A DNA stretch of 64,000 nucleotides, taken from positions 200,200,001 through 200,264,000 of the forward strand of contig NC_086097.1 in NCBI RefSeq assembly GCF_963921235.1, read 5' to 3'. Below are positions 37,721 through 51,149 of this stretch, piece by piece (positions within the stretch are counted from its first letter, which is position 1; each line of letters starts with the position of its first letter). Source of the DNA: Mobula hypostoma. Taxonomy: Eukaryota. The notes under the pieces were generated by a model. The model was not told the DNA's origin and searched no databases. It saw only the letters and a program-made list of their open reading frames with translations. Made by a program: the position numbers and the translations under genes.

Positions 37721-40600
37721 AGACCATAAGACCATAAGACAAAGGAGCAGAAGTCGATCATTTGGCCCATCAAGTCTGCTCCACCATTTTATCATGAGCT
37801 GATCTATTCTCCCATTTAGTTCCACTCCCCACCTTCTCACCATAACCTTTGATGTCCTGGCTACTCAGATACCTATCAATCTCTGTCTTAAATACACCCA
37901 ATGACTTGGTCTCTGCTGCCGCCCACGGCAACAAATTCCATAGATTCACCACCCTCTGGCTAAAAACATTTCTTCACATCTCTGTTCTGAATGGGCGCCC
38001 TTCAATCCTTAAGTCATGCCCTCTCGTACTAGACTCCCCCATCATGGGAAACAACTTTGCCACATCCACACTGTCCATGCCTTTCAACATTTGAAATGTT
38101 TCTATGAGGTCCCCCCCTCATTCTTCTAAACTCCAAGGAATATAGTCCAAGAGCGGACAATCATTCCTCATATGTTAACCCTCTCATTCCCGGTATCATT
38201 CTAGTGAATCTTCTCTGTACCCTCTCCAACATCAGCACATCCTTCCTTAAATAAGGAGACCAAAACTGCCCACAGTACTTCAAGTGAGCTCTTACCAGCT
38301 CCTTACAGAGTCTCAACATCACATCCCTGCTCCTATATTCTATTCCTCTAGAAATGAATGCCAACATTGCATTCGCCTTCGTCACCACCAACACAACCTG
38401 GAGGTTAACCTTAAGGGTATCCTGCAGGAGGACTCCCAAGTCCCGTTGCATCTCAGAACTTTGAATTCTTTCCCCATTTAAATAATAGTCTGCCTGTTTA
38501 TTTTTTCTGCCAAAGTGCATAACCATACACTTTCCAACATTTTATTTCATTTGCCACTTCTTTGCCCATTCTTCCAATCTATTCAAGTCTCTCTGCAGAC
38601 TCTCTGTTTCCTCAGCACTACTGGCCCCTCCACCTATCTTCCTATCGTCAGCAAACTTAGCCACAAAGCCATCTATTCCATAATTCAAATCGTTGATGTA
38701 CAATGTAAAAAGAAGCGGCCCCAACACAGACCCCTGCAGAACACCACTGGTAACCAGCAGCCAACCAGAATAGGATCCCTTTATTCCCACTCTGTTTCCT
38801 GCCAATCAGCCAACGCCCTATCCACGTATGTAACTTTCCCGTAATTCCATGGCTCTTATCTTGTTAAGTAGCCTCATGTGTGGCACCTTGTCAAAGGCCT
38901 TCTGAAAATCCAAATATACAACATCCCTTGCATCTCCCTTGTCTAGCCTACTTGTAATTTCCTCAAACAATTGTAATAGGTTTGTCAGGCAGAATTTTCC
39001 TTTAAGGAAACCATGCTGAGTTCTGCTCATCTTGTCATATGCCTCCAGGTACTTCATAACTTCATCCTTGACAATCGACTCCAACAACTTCCCAACCACC
39101 GATGTCAAGCTAACAGGTCTATAATTTCCTTTTTGCTTCCTTGTCTCCTTCTTAAATAGCGGAGTGACATTTGCAAGCTTCCGGTCCTCTGGAACCATGC
39201 CAGAATCTATCGACTTTTGAAAGATCATCGCTAATGCCTCTGCAATCCACACAGCTACTTCCTTCAGAACATGAGGGTGCATTCCATCTGGTCCGGGAGA
39301 TTTATCAACCTTTAGCCTATTCAGCTTCCTGAGTACTTTCTCTGTCGTAATTGTGACTGCGCACACTTCTCTTCCCTGCCACCTTTGAGTGTCCGGTATA
39401 CTGCTGATGTCTTCCTCAGTGAAGACTGATGCAAAATACTCGTTCAGTTCCTCAGCCAGCTCCTTATCCCCTATTACAATTTCTCCAGCATCATTTTCTA
39501 TCAGTCCTATATCTACTCTCACCTGTCTTTTACTCTTTATATACTTGAAAAAGTTTTTAGTATCCTCTTTGATATTATTTGCTAGCTTCCTTTCATAGTT
39601 TATCTTTTCTCTCTTAATGGCCTTCTTAGTTTCCTTTTGTAAGCTTTTAAAAACTTCCCAATCCTCTGTCTTCCCACTAATTTTTGCTTCCTTGTATGCC
39701 CTCTCCTTTGCTTTAACTTTGGCTTTGACTTCTCTGTCAGCCACAGTTGCATCCTTTTTCCCTTCGAAAATTTCTTCTTTTTTGGACTATACGTGTCCTA
39801 CACCTTCCTCACTTCTCGCATAAACACCAGCCACTGCTGCTCTGCCGTCCTTCCCACCAGTGTCCCTTTCCAGTCAACTTTGGCCAGTTCCTCTCTCATG
39901 CCACTGTAATTTCCTTTAGTCCACCGAAATACCGACACATCAGATTTCGGCTTCTCTTTTTCAAATTTCACAGTGAATGCAATCATGTTATGATCACTGC
40001 CTCCAAAGGGTTCCTTCACCTCAATCTCTCTAATCACCAACGGTTCATTACACAATACCCAATCCAGTACAGCCGATCCCCTAGTGGGCTCAACAACAAG
40101 CTGTTCTAAAAAGCCATCTCGCAGACATTCCACAAATTCTCTCGCTTGAGATCCAGTGCCGACCTGATTTTCCCAATCCACTCGCATGTTAAAATCCCCC
40201 ACAATTATCATAACACTGCCCTTCTGACAAGCCTTTTCTATTTCCTGTTGTAATTTGTAGTCCACATCACTGCAGCTGTTAGGATGCCTGTATGTAACTG
40301 CCATCAGGGTCCTCTTACCCCTGCGATTTCTTAGCTCAACGCATAAAGATTCTGCACCTTCCGATCCTATGTCACCTCCTTCTAATGATTTGATATCATT
40401 TCTTACCAATAAAGCCACACCACCCCCTCTGCCTACTTTCCTATCCTTCCGATACACCGTGTATCCTTGGATGTTCAGCTCCCAGAGACATGCATCCTTT
40501 AGCCACGTCTCAGTGATGGCTACAATATCATACATGCCAATCTGTAGCTTTACGACAAGATCATCCACCTTATTCCTTATGCTGCGTGCATTTAAGTATA
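37721..40600 (-). mobile_element. CR1 LINE with almost complete, disrupted ORF2
   Basis: ORFs 39798-40679 (APE), 38818-39744, 38542-38805 (FADD) and 38161-38526; (agaccata)n tail. Confidence 0.95.
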
Positions 40601-40924
40601 ACTTGGACCCCAAGATCCCTTTGCTCATCAGCACTGTTAAGGGTCTTGCCCTCACTCTGGCGGCAAAGGACCCTGGCAATCAGCAGCAAGGAGATCCATA
40701 AAAATACTTGAGTTAAAGAGATGTTTTTCTAATTTGTACTTTGCTGCCTCTAATCAATGTTTGTTGAAACATTCAAGCAAAATTAAATGCACTTCATCTG
40801 AAAGACCATGATTAGTAGAAACAGCTTTGGTTAAAAAGAGAAAATTGCATCAATATCACTTCATTCAGTGGGACATTTTTAAAATGAGATGTTGCAAACT
40901 ATCTTATGTGCTGCTCAAGATACC

Positions 40925-41955
40925 TCAAAGCTCAAAGTGTAAGGTAAATATGTTATTAAAGTACATATATGTTACCATATACAACCCTGACATTCATTTT
41001 CATGTGGCCATTCAAAGCAACACAATAGAATCAACGAAAAACTACACACAGACAAAAATGGACCAACAACCAACGTGCAAAGGAGAACAAATTGTGCAAA
41101 ACAAAAAGAAAATCAAAGTAATAATAATAATAGATATTTAAGTAATAAATAATATTAAGAACATGGGATGTAGAGTCCTTGAAAGTGAGTCCATAGATTG
41201 TGAAATCAGTTCAGTGCTGGTGTGAGTGAAATTATCCACTCTTGATCAGAAGCCTGATGGTTGAGAGGTAATAACTGTTCCTGAACTTGGTGGTAAGGAA
41301 CCTAAGCCCCCTGTACCTCCTTCCCGATAGCAGCAACAAGAAGACAGCATGGATTGGATGGTCAGGGTCCTTAACGATGGATGCAGCTTTCCTATGACAG
41401 CGCTCCTTGTAGATGTGCTCAAAGGTGAGGAGAGCTTTACCTGTGATGGACTTAGCTGTATCCATTGCCTTTTGTAGGTTTTTCCTTTCAAACGCACTGG
41501 TGTTTCCATTCCAGGCTGTGAGGTAACCAGTAAGTATGTTCTCCAGTGGCGTCGATAAATGTTTGTCAAAGTTTTTAATGACATGCTAAATCTTTGCAAA
41601 CTTCTAAGAAAGCCAAGGCACTTCCTTGCCTTTTTTGTAATGACGCTTCAATGCTGGACCCAGAGCAGATCCATGGTATCTGACCCTCTCCACCTCCGAT
41701 CCCCTGATGAGGACTGGCTTATGGACCTCCAGTTTTCTCCTCCTGTAGTCAATAATCAGGACTTTGGTTTTGCTGATGTTGAGTGAGAAGTTGTTGTTGT
41801 TTTCAATCACCCTCCCCCATATGCTTATTCATCACCATCTTTGACTCTACCAACGACAGTAGAGCCAACGGCAAACTTAAATATGGCATTGGAATGGTAC
41901 ATAGCCTCACCTACATAAGTACAAAGGGAGTAGAGCAGGGGGCTAGCACAAAACC
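40925..41955 (-). mobile_element. Rex1-type LINE fragment
   Basis: ORFs 41232-41465 and 41604-41810 (LNISKTKVLIIDYR; LLLSGRRYR). Confidence 0.8.
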
Positions 41956-42705
41956 TTACAATGAACCATGTAGTGTTAAATTTGCTGTCAAAATTCTGTT
42001 CACAATCACACTCAAATTACATCTAAAGAAATCCATCACATTATCACATAAGGGAAACTTGTGAAAAAGATGGATTATGTGCTATTCGGTCACCCTGGGC
42101 AACCATGAGAGAGCTCAATCCAAAGCAGAGCCTGGAAGCAGAGTATGATCTAATCTCCATCTGGCAAAGGACTGGTGGCCACTGTGAAAAGACTTGCTGC
42201 ATATAAGCTGGACTTTTCTCCCCACCAGAGCCAAACACCATAAAATGATCAACTTTGTTGCTGCTACCTTAACCTGTAAGGATGCTAGATGAGTGTGTTC
42301 TACGCAGCACACATGTTTGATAGCTCTAGAAAGGAAATACCAATTTGACCATTCCTTCTTAAATTTTTACTAACTACATTGCCAAAGGGAAGATTACCAT
42401 ACTATGACTTTGTTTTAGTTTGACCATGTTCAATATAGGTATATCACAGTAGAAAAACTCATTATAGGTTATCCAATACTGTGAATGAATTAGGGAAAAA
42501 ATACAAATAACGTGAGCTGTATTGTGCATGTATCATTTGACAATAAAAATAAAATGAACATTTGAATCAATTTTAGGGTATTTCAAAAAAAATGAAGAGA
42601 GACAAGGATGATAGGCATGAAATTTCAAGGTTTCATGAGGCTGATAGAAAAACCTCATTGCATCACTCCATTCATTCACAATTTATTTTTGTCACAAATT
42701 TATAC

Positions 42706-42777
42706 CTTATCCCCAGATCAATGAAAAGCTTGCATTTATTTGGGACTCTGTCGGATGTTCTGCAGCATTTTAAAGGT
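42706..42777 (-). CDS. Candidate exon (PLKCCRTSDRVPNKCKLFIDLGI)
   Basis: Donor AAG|gtataa; phase 2 to 2 open frame 83 nt downstream of the 42861 donor. Acceptor is weak. Confidence 0.3.
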
Positions 42778-42860
42778 CTTTGAATACACTCCATTATTTC
42801 AGTGCCATGAATTACATTAAGAAAGCAGACAGTAAGATGATGAATTACTCATTAACTTAC

Positions 42861-42931
42861 AGTTCAACTATTTCAGTTGTCAGCATTTTTAGCAATTTTT
42901 GTTTCAGAATTTCAGTATTCCCTCTGTCTTC
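42861..42931 (-). CDS. 71-nt exon (EDRGNTEILKQKLLKMLTTEIVE-L)
   Basis: Acceptor aattattatag; canonical donor CT|gtaagt; single open frame. Confidence 0.55.
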
Positions 42932-43059
42932 CTATAATAATTTCAAATAATTAATTGACATTTACATCTTCACCAAAGTAGCCTTTGTTTCCTATATATC
43001 CTACTGCAACTAGCTTTGACTTGCACTCTTTTTGTCCATTGCCCTTTTTGTCATTTAAT

Positions 43060-43750
43060 CTCTCATGGAACATTGATCGCTACAGCACATTACAGACCTT
43101 CCAGTCTACGGTGTTGTGTCGACATTTTAACCTTCTCTAGGATTAATCTAACCATTCCTTCCTACATAACCCGCCAATGTTCTATCATCCATGAGGTTTC
43201 TTAAATGCCCCTAATGTATCTGCATCTACCTCCATCTCTGGCAGGGCATTCTACTCACTCACCTCTCTCTGTATAAAAAACTTACTCCCTGTACTTTCCT
43301 ACAATCACCTCAAAACTATGTCTCCTAGTATTAGGTATTTCCATCCTGGAAAAAGGTCTCAGGCACCTCTCAGTCTCCTTCACTCCAAAGAGAAAAGCCC
43401 TAGCTCACCCCACTTACCTTCAAAAGACATGCTCTTCGATCCTGGAAGCTTACTGGTAAATCTCCTCTGCATTCTTTCTAAAGTTTCCACACCTTTCCTA
43501 TAATGAGACGGCCATAAATGAACACAATATTCCAAGTGGAGGTCTAACCAGGAATATTATAGAGCTACAACCTTGCCTTGTGGCTTTTGAACTCAAACCC
43601 CAAATAATGAAGGCCAACACACCATACACCTTCTTAACCCCTATAAACTTACACTGCAACTTTGAGGGATCTATGGAAATGTACCCTAAGGTCCTGCTGT
43701 TTCCCCCCACTGCTAAGAATAATGTCATTAACCCTATATTCTGCCTTCAC
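43060..43750 (-). mobile_element. Old CR1 3' fragment
   Basis: Diverged CR1 C-terminal and 3'UTR motifs. Confidence 0.65.
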
Positions 43751-44289
43751 CTTCTCCTTTCTTCCACCCTGCCACAGACCCTTCCTGTTGTCCTCTGCCC
43801 CCCTTATCCCCCAGTTCCTTCACTGCACTCTTTGAATCCTCCTGGATTCAAATGGCCTATGGGTCTGGCTGCCATTAAAATAAAATGAGCAGAGACAACT
43901 ATGTCAAACATGACTGCCCGTCAACCACCCAGATGGCATCTAATTCACAATTCATTTACAATACATTTAGAAAAGTGTAAAAGGCAAATATTTTTTAAGA
44001 AAATGACTAATTAATTTTAAAGCACCTTATAAATTAAGTGAAAACATTAAGATTAGGAGAAATAAAATTAAACAAAACTCTTATTTTTATAAGCAGCATT
44101 GATGATGGCATTGAAATAAATAGGACTTTATTTCTTATGTCATCAAAGTTCAAAGATCAAAGTAAATTTTATTATCAAAATGCATATATGTCACTATATA
44201 CAACCCTGAGATTCATTTTCTTGTGGGCATACTCAGCAAAACTATAGAATAGTAACCATAACAGGATCAATGAAAGATCAACCAGAGGC

Positions 44290-44612
44290 CAGAAGACAGA
44301 GGCTTTTTCCCAGGGCTGAAATGACTAACACGAGAGGGCACAGTTTTAAGGTGCTTGCAAGCAGGTACAGAGGAGATGTCAAGGGTAAGTTTTTTATGCA
44401 GAGAGTAGTGAATGCGTGGAATGGGCTGCCGGCAACGGTGGTGGAGGTGGATACAATAGGGTCTTTTCAGAGGCTCCTGGATAGGTACATGGAGCTTAGA
44501 AAAATGGAGGGCTATGGGTAACCCTAGGTAATTTCTAAAAAAATACATGTTCGGCACAGCATTGTGGGCCAAAGGACCTGTATTATGCTGTAGGTTTTCT
44601 ATGTTTCTATGT
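44290..44612 (+). mobile_element. CR1 3' fragment inserted in a minus-strand Rex1 tail (about 44145-44650)
   Basis: LFPR...TRGHSFKV...FFMQRVVNAWNGLP; (tttctatg)n tail. Confidence 0.85.
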
Positions 44613-46839
44613 TTACAACAAACTGTGCAACTACAAATATCAAAAGAGAACATTGGTCTTTTATCTATGACTAGTTGTGGAATTGTAATTATAAAGCATG
44701 ATGGAAACTTTGGAAAGTTAAGGGTTAAAGACCTGCACTGTAAACCATATATCTACTGGTGCTTGTCTTATCTGCAAAACGGATCTTTAATTTTGTAATT
44801 ACATGAAGAGACAGTGCAGAACTGAGACAAGATGTAAACGACTCTTCCTTCAAATGACTTTTCCTACGCTATGACAATTATCTGACATTGAGAAAGGTTA
44901 TGAACAATTACAAAGCAGATCAAATCTGCATGGTCATTAAGTTTGTGAAGGCAAGGGGATTTGAGCAATTATTCACAAAAATGGAAGAAGGGGATTGGCA
45001 ATGTACAGAACGGTACAATAACAGACTCTCCAGACCAACACGTCCTATCCGCTCATCACATCTGCCTCTATATGGTTCATTTCTCTCTATTCTCTGCCTG
45101 TTCACATGGCTTCCAAGTGACTCAAACATTATAAGTAGCAGTTAGGCATATTGTATGTAAGTCAGTCTAATAAATTTCCTATAACTATTAATATGTTCAC
45201 TCTAAACTCTGTAGTATAGCCTATCCCAAAACATTTCAAGTCAAGTTTCTTGTCATTTAACTATATATATGCATATAATATTTATAACAATATAATGTAT
45301 ATAGAAATGAAACAACATTTCTTCGAACCAATATGTAAAACGCATGATAACTTATGAGGGTAAGGATCAAATCTACAGATGAATCACGCATAAATAACAA
45401 ACTAAAGTGTATTAATATTAAATATCATAAGGTATGGAACGGAATAACCAGTGGCACTTCAAATACAATGTGGCCGCTTTCTCTCAAGTATCTACAGCAT
45501 CTAGTTCTGCCTCAAAACATTCCAAGACTCTCCTTTACCACCATTTCTGGAACAAGGTTTCAGACTCATAGCCTTATAGGAGGGGGGAAATAACACTTCA
45601 TCCCCATCTTAACAAAACTGCTTCATCTCCACCTTATTTTTAAACAGCTGTAGATTCCGCCACCAGAGGAGCCAGGGTCTCCACATCTACCCTTTTATCA
45701 CCACTATGTTTAAGTCAAGAACCATCCACTCCCCAACTATTCTAAGCATTTGTGTAAACTGGAAGATCACATTAAAAATAGGTAAGAAAGTAATATGACT
45801 TGGGTCTGAGGAGATCTACAGACCAAGGACAATAAGCTACTCATTGTATAGATTTTTTTACTTAATTATCTCTGACCTTTCACACAATCTGTTGGTTGTT
45901 GCTTATCCTGTCTTTTCCAAGGAGACTGCAGTCTCATACTTGTTCCACACCCCTCTTCCCTGCAGCTAGGGCATGGCTAAGTGGTGAGTTTTGTGTTACA
46001 AGACTGGACTTTGCTACTTTATCAAGGTCCACACTTACAGCAGAATAGCGTACTAGTTAATGTGAGGTAAGATTTTCTGACCAATAATTTTAATGTCTGA
46101 GGTCTCTACAGCGTTATAGAATATCTGATAAAAAAGCGTATGAGTATTTTTTATGGCAGTGACACAAACATGTCAAACATGACACAAACACAAACAAACA
46201 TGGTATCACAAAACTAATGCCATGTTGTAGAATCATACAGCAAAGAAGTGGACCCTTTTCTACCTTGTTCTGTCCATATGTTTTCAAAATTTGTAACTGT
46301 ATCTGGCTCCACCACATCCTGTGGCTGATGATTCCAGATATTCGATATCTTTTCCATGAAACATATACCTCTGAGATCTCATTTAAATTTCTCCCCTTCA
46401 CCTAAGTCTTGCACTCTCTAGTTCAGGAATCCCGTGTCAGGAATAAAGATTTTGACTGTCTATCCTATCAATGGCCCTAGACTGGAGTCTGCTTGTTTGA
46501 TGCGAAGTTGGTAATTTAGAGTATTTGTATGATCACATCCCTTCATTTTAAAGCTGTAAAGTTTAAGTCTCCAAAATAGATTACTTTTTAAAGGCTACTA
46601 AAACTTTGAGAGTAAATCTTAGGCTGTTTCTAAATTAATTTAAAATGTGTGAATACTTTCTGAGTTTTAAAATGTTGCAATAAATTTGGCAACTCCTATT
46701 TTATCCGGCTTTCTACAAAGGGATACAGCGAGAGAGTGAGTGAGTAGGGAAATGAAAAAAATTGTTGAATTTGATCAAATTTAAATGAATTAGTTTAAGT
46801 AGAACATAGGATTACATACCAGGATATAGGGTGCCATTA

Positions 46840-48605
46840 CATAGAAAATAGGTGCAGGAGTAGGCCATTCGGCCCTTCGAGCCTGCACCGCCATTTATTA
46901 TGATCATGGCTGATCATCCAACTCAGAACCCCGCCCCAGCCTTCCCTCCATACCCCCTGACCCCCGTAGCCACAAGGGCCATATCTAACTCCCTCTTAAA
47001 TATAGCCAATGAACTGGCCTCAACTGTTTCCTGTGGCAGAGAATTCCACAGATTCACCACTCTCTGTGTGAAGAAGTTCTTCCTAATCTCAGTCCTTAAA
47101 GGCTTCCCCTCTATCCTCAAACTGTGGCCCCTTGTTCTGGACTTCCCCAACATCGGGAACAATCTTCCTGCATCTAGCCTGTCCAATCCCTTTAGGATTT
47201 TATACGTTTCAATCAGATTCCCCCCTCAATCTTCTAAATTCCAACGAGTACAAGCCCAGTTCATCCAGTCTTTCTTCATATGAAAGTCCTGCCATCCCAG
47301 GAATCAATCTGGTGAACCTTCTCTGTACTCCCTCTATGGCAAGGATGTCTTTCCTCAGATTAGGGGACCAAAACTGCACACAATACTCCAGGTGTGGTCT
47401 CACCAAGGCCTTGTACAACTGCAGTAGTACCTCCCTGCTCCTGTACTCGAATCCTCTCGCTATAAATGCCAGCATACCATTCGCCTTTTTCACCGCCTGC
47501 TGTACCTGCATGCCCACTTTCAATGACTGGTGTATAATGACACCCAGGTCTCGTTGCACCTCCCCTTTTCCTAATCGGCCACCATTCAGATAATAATCTG
47601 TTTTCCTATTTTTGCCACCAAAGTGGATAACTTCACATTTATCCACATTAAATTGCATCTGCCATGAATTTGCCCACTCACCCATCTATCCAAGTCACCC
47701 TGCATCCTCTTAGCATCCTCCTCACAGCTAACACTGCCACCCAGCTTCGTGTCATCCGCAAACTTGGAGATGCTGCATTTAATTCCCTCATCCAAGTCAT
47801 TAATATATATTGTAAACAACTGGGGTCCCAGCACTGAGCCTTGCGGTACCCCACTAGTCACCGCCTGCCATTCTGAAAAGGTCCCGTTTATTCCCACTCT
47901 TTGCTTCCTGTCTGCTAACCAATTCTCCACCCACACCAATACCTTACCCCCAATACCGTGTGCTTTAAGTTTGCACACTAATCTCCTGTGTGGGACCTTG
48001 TCAAAAGCCTTTTGAAAATCCAAATATACCACATCCACTGGTTCTCCCCTATCCACTCTACTAGTTACATCCTCAAAAAATTCTATGAGATTCGTCAGAC
48101 ATGATTTTCCTTTCACAAATCCATGCTGACTTTGTCCGATCATTTCACCACTTTCCAAATGTGCTGTTATCACATCCTTGATAACTGACTCCAGCAGTTT
48201 CCCCACCACCGACGTTAGGCTAACCGGTCTATAATTCCCCGGTTTCTCTCTCCCTCCTTTTTTAAAAAGTGGAGTTACATTAGCCACCCTCCAATCCTCA
48301 GGAACTAGTCCAGAATCTAACGAGTTTTGAAAAATTATCACTAATGCATCCACTATTTCTTGGGCTACTTCCTTAAGCACTCTAGGATGCAGACCATCTG
48401 GCCCTGGGGATTTATCTGCCTTCAATCCCTTCAACTTACCTAACACCACTTCCCTACTAACATGTATTTCGCTTAGTTCCTCCATCTCACTGGACCCTCT
48501 GTCCCCTACTATTTCTGGAAGATTATTTATGTCCTCCTTAGTGAAGACAGAACCAAAGTAATTATTCTATTGGTCTGCCATGTCCTTGCTCCCCATAATC
48601 AATTC
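46840..48605 (-). mobile_element. Young 5'-truncated CR1 with intact RT motifs and two frameshifts
   Basis: ORFs 47586-48485, 47209-47685 and 46923-47186 with unmutated [44 protein letters not shown]. Confidence 0.95.
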
Positions 48606-48957
48606 CGGGAAAGATTCTGTAATACTTAATGTGAAATAAAATATGAAGATGTGTTAAAGAAGATTTGTGAACATGAACACCTTATAAGGCTACATCTACA
48701 TTTTTGTTATTCCTTTTTTCATTTGTCAAAGATTTATTTTGCTGTGATAACCAACAATTTTACAGTTATTTGAAAAGATTCCCAAAGAAAGAAAACACAC
48801 ACACTTGGATTTTTCTTTAATCCATTTTAAGCATACATTTCTTGTTTCTTATACTGTACCCTAGTTTAAAGATATTGAGGTTTAAGCATAATATTTATTA
48901 ATTTTTGATTCAAGAGAAAACTATGATTGAAACTTTGGAAATTGTGATAATTATGTT

Positions 48958-49300
48958 AATGACCCCACCCACCCTGGACATCCTCCTTCTCCCCCTCCCA
49001 CCAACAGAAGATATTAAAACCTGAAAGCAAGTACTATCAGGCTTAGGGACAGCTTCTAACCCACTGCTAGAAGACTATTGAACGGCTCCCTAGGATAGTA
49101 GGATGGACTCTTGACCTTATAATCTACCTTGTTATGACACTGCAGTTTATTGTCTACCTGCACTACATGTTCTCTGTAAATGTAATACTTTATTCTGCAT
49201 TTTGTTATTGTTTTTTACCCCTGTATTATTTCAATGCACTGTGTAATGAATTGATTTGTATAAACAGTATGGAAGACAAACATTTCACTGTACTTCAATA
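48958..49300 (+). mobile_element. Rex1-type 3' end, interrupted by a Tc1 element (tail resumes 49831-49860)
   Basis: gacagcttct...ttcactgtacttcaata | tatgacaataataaac. Confidence 0.65.
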
Positions 49301-49302
49301 TA

Positions 49303-49828
49303 CACTTTATAGTGGCCACTTTATTAGGTACGGGAATGGAACCTGGTGTGGTCTTCTGCTACTGCTGTGACCCATCCACTTCAAGGTTCAACATGTACGT
49401 ACACAGATGCTCTTTTGCACATCACTGTTGTAACTTATGGTTATTTGAGTTACTGTTGTCTTCTTGTCAGCTTGAACCAGTTTGGCCACTCTCCTCTGAC
49501 CTCCCTCATTAACAAGGCATTTACACCCACAGAACTGCTGCTCACTGGATGTTTTTTTTTGTTTTCACGCCATTCTCCGTAAATTCTAGAGACGGTTGTG
49601 CGTGAAAATCCTAGGATATCATCGGTTTCTGAGATACCAAAACCAAACTGTCTGGCACCAACAATTATCACATTTCTTCCCCAATCTGATATTTGGCTTG
49701 AACATTATCTGAACCTCTTGGCCATGTCTGCCAGCTTTTATGCATTGAGTTGCTGCCACATGATTAACTAATTTGCGTTAGTGGTCAAGCATACAGGTGC
49801 TCCTACCTAATAAAGTGGCCACTGGGTG
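49303..49828 (-). mobile_element. Internally deleted Tc1-like DNA transposon
   Basis: TIRs agtggccactttattagg / cctaataaagtggccact; TA flanks; ORF 49450-49671 (IVGAR..GISET..LGFSRTTVSRIY.EW) is the Tc1 transposase N-terminal HTH. Confidence 0.88.
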
Positions 49829-51149
49829 TATATGACAATAATAAACAAATTTATTAATTTACCAATTAGTGCTTTGGAACTAGTCTCAAGAACATAAGGC
49901 ATTTAATATAGACATCAAATAGAACAACCTAGATTTCAGACCTTGCTTTCAAGAGGCTCTGACTTAATTTATTCAGGGTTGTTTGTTACTTTCCAAAACA
50001 AGTTAAAATAGGGAGAAATTTACCTTAAATCTAAAGGAATGAATAAAATTTTCAATTGCATCTGAGGGTTCGTAATATAAAGGAATAATTTTTAATTGTG
50101 GAAATAAAACTGAACTTTGATTATTAAAAATGTCAGACTGACAATATATTGATTTGAGATGCTGAATTTTTTAAAACAATAGATACATTGTGATAGTTCT
50201 AGGACATCCCTGGCATTTAAATTAATCAAACAAAAACATACCAGTAATTTGTATGGGAATAAATCATTAATATTTTAACAGTGTTATGGAAATTAGTTTT
50301 ATTGTCCAAATATTGTTTTGGACACTAAAATTTTTCAAAGCTCTGGATTCAAATGAAACAGACATTTTAATGGTTTATTTATAGTCACAAAGGAGAAGGT
50401 TCTCCAATAAATGAGATAACATCCAAAATTATTTTTAAATGGGATTAAATTAGCCTGATGTAATTGTCCATCAGGTAGTGACATAATTTGAAAGTTGACT
50501 TCAGGATAGTTTTGGCTAAGAACAAATAATTAATAAGCGTCTGAAATCTCCTGTGTCTGTCCTTGTCTCGACCATTTTAAAGGATCTGTCTTTGTTAATC
50601 TAGCCACTGTCTGAGACACTGTCTAGATCTCCAGACTCTAGTGATTTTTTTTGAAAATCACCTACGATACCAAAGTGAATTAGCAGAGATGTAAGTGAGA
50701 TTATTAAGGTATGATGACATTCACTGACAATAGGATCTTTGATGTGCACAGTTTTTTGACAAAGACATATCATGCAATGCTTAACACAGACATAGGGAAA
50801 GATATACAATTGCTTAGGTGTCAAATAATCGAGGCACAAGTTAAAATACATGGATATCTTTGAGACAAACCAAAGATAAAGTTGTTGCAGATCTTGAATG
50901 ACAATAGCTCAAAGCTGCAGAGAAGTTATACTTTACCTATTTTAAAAATAAGTGCAGAGAAATATTTTAGCTTAATTTTTTACCATGCAGATGTTGTTTG
51001 AAGATTATCTTGATCTCAAGGTGGAAATGTACAAAATTCTGAATACAGCATCACTGTTTCAAATTAGGCTGTGAGATAATTGATGGGGTAACATTCAAAA
51101 ATTTGAGAAGAAATATTTATATAATGTTTAAGATATGTAGTCAGAGAGA

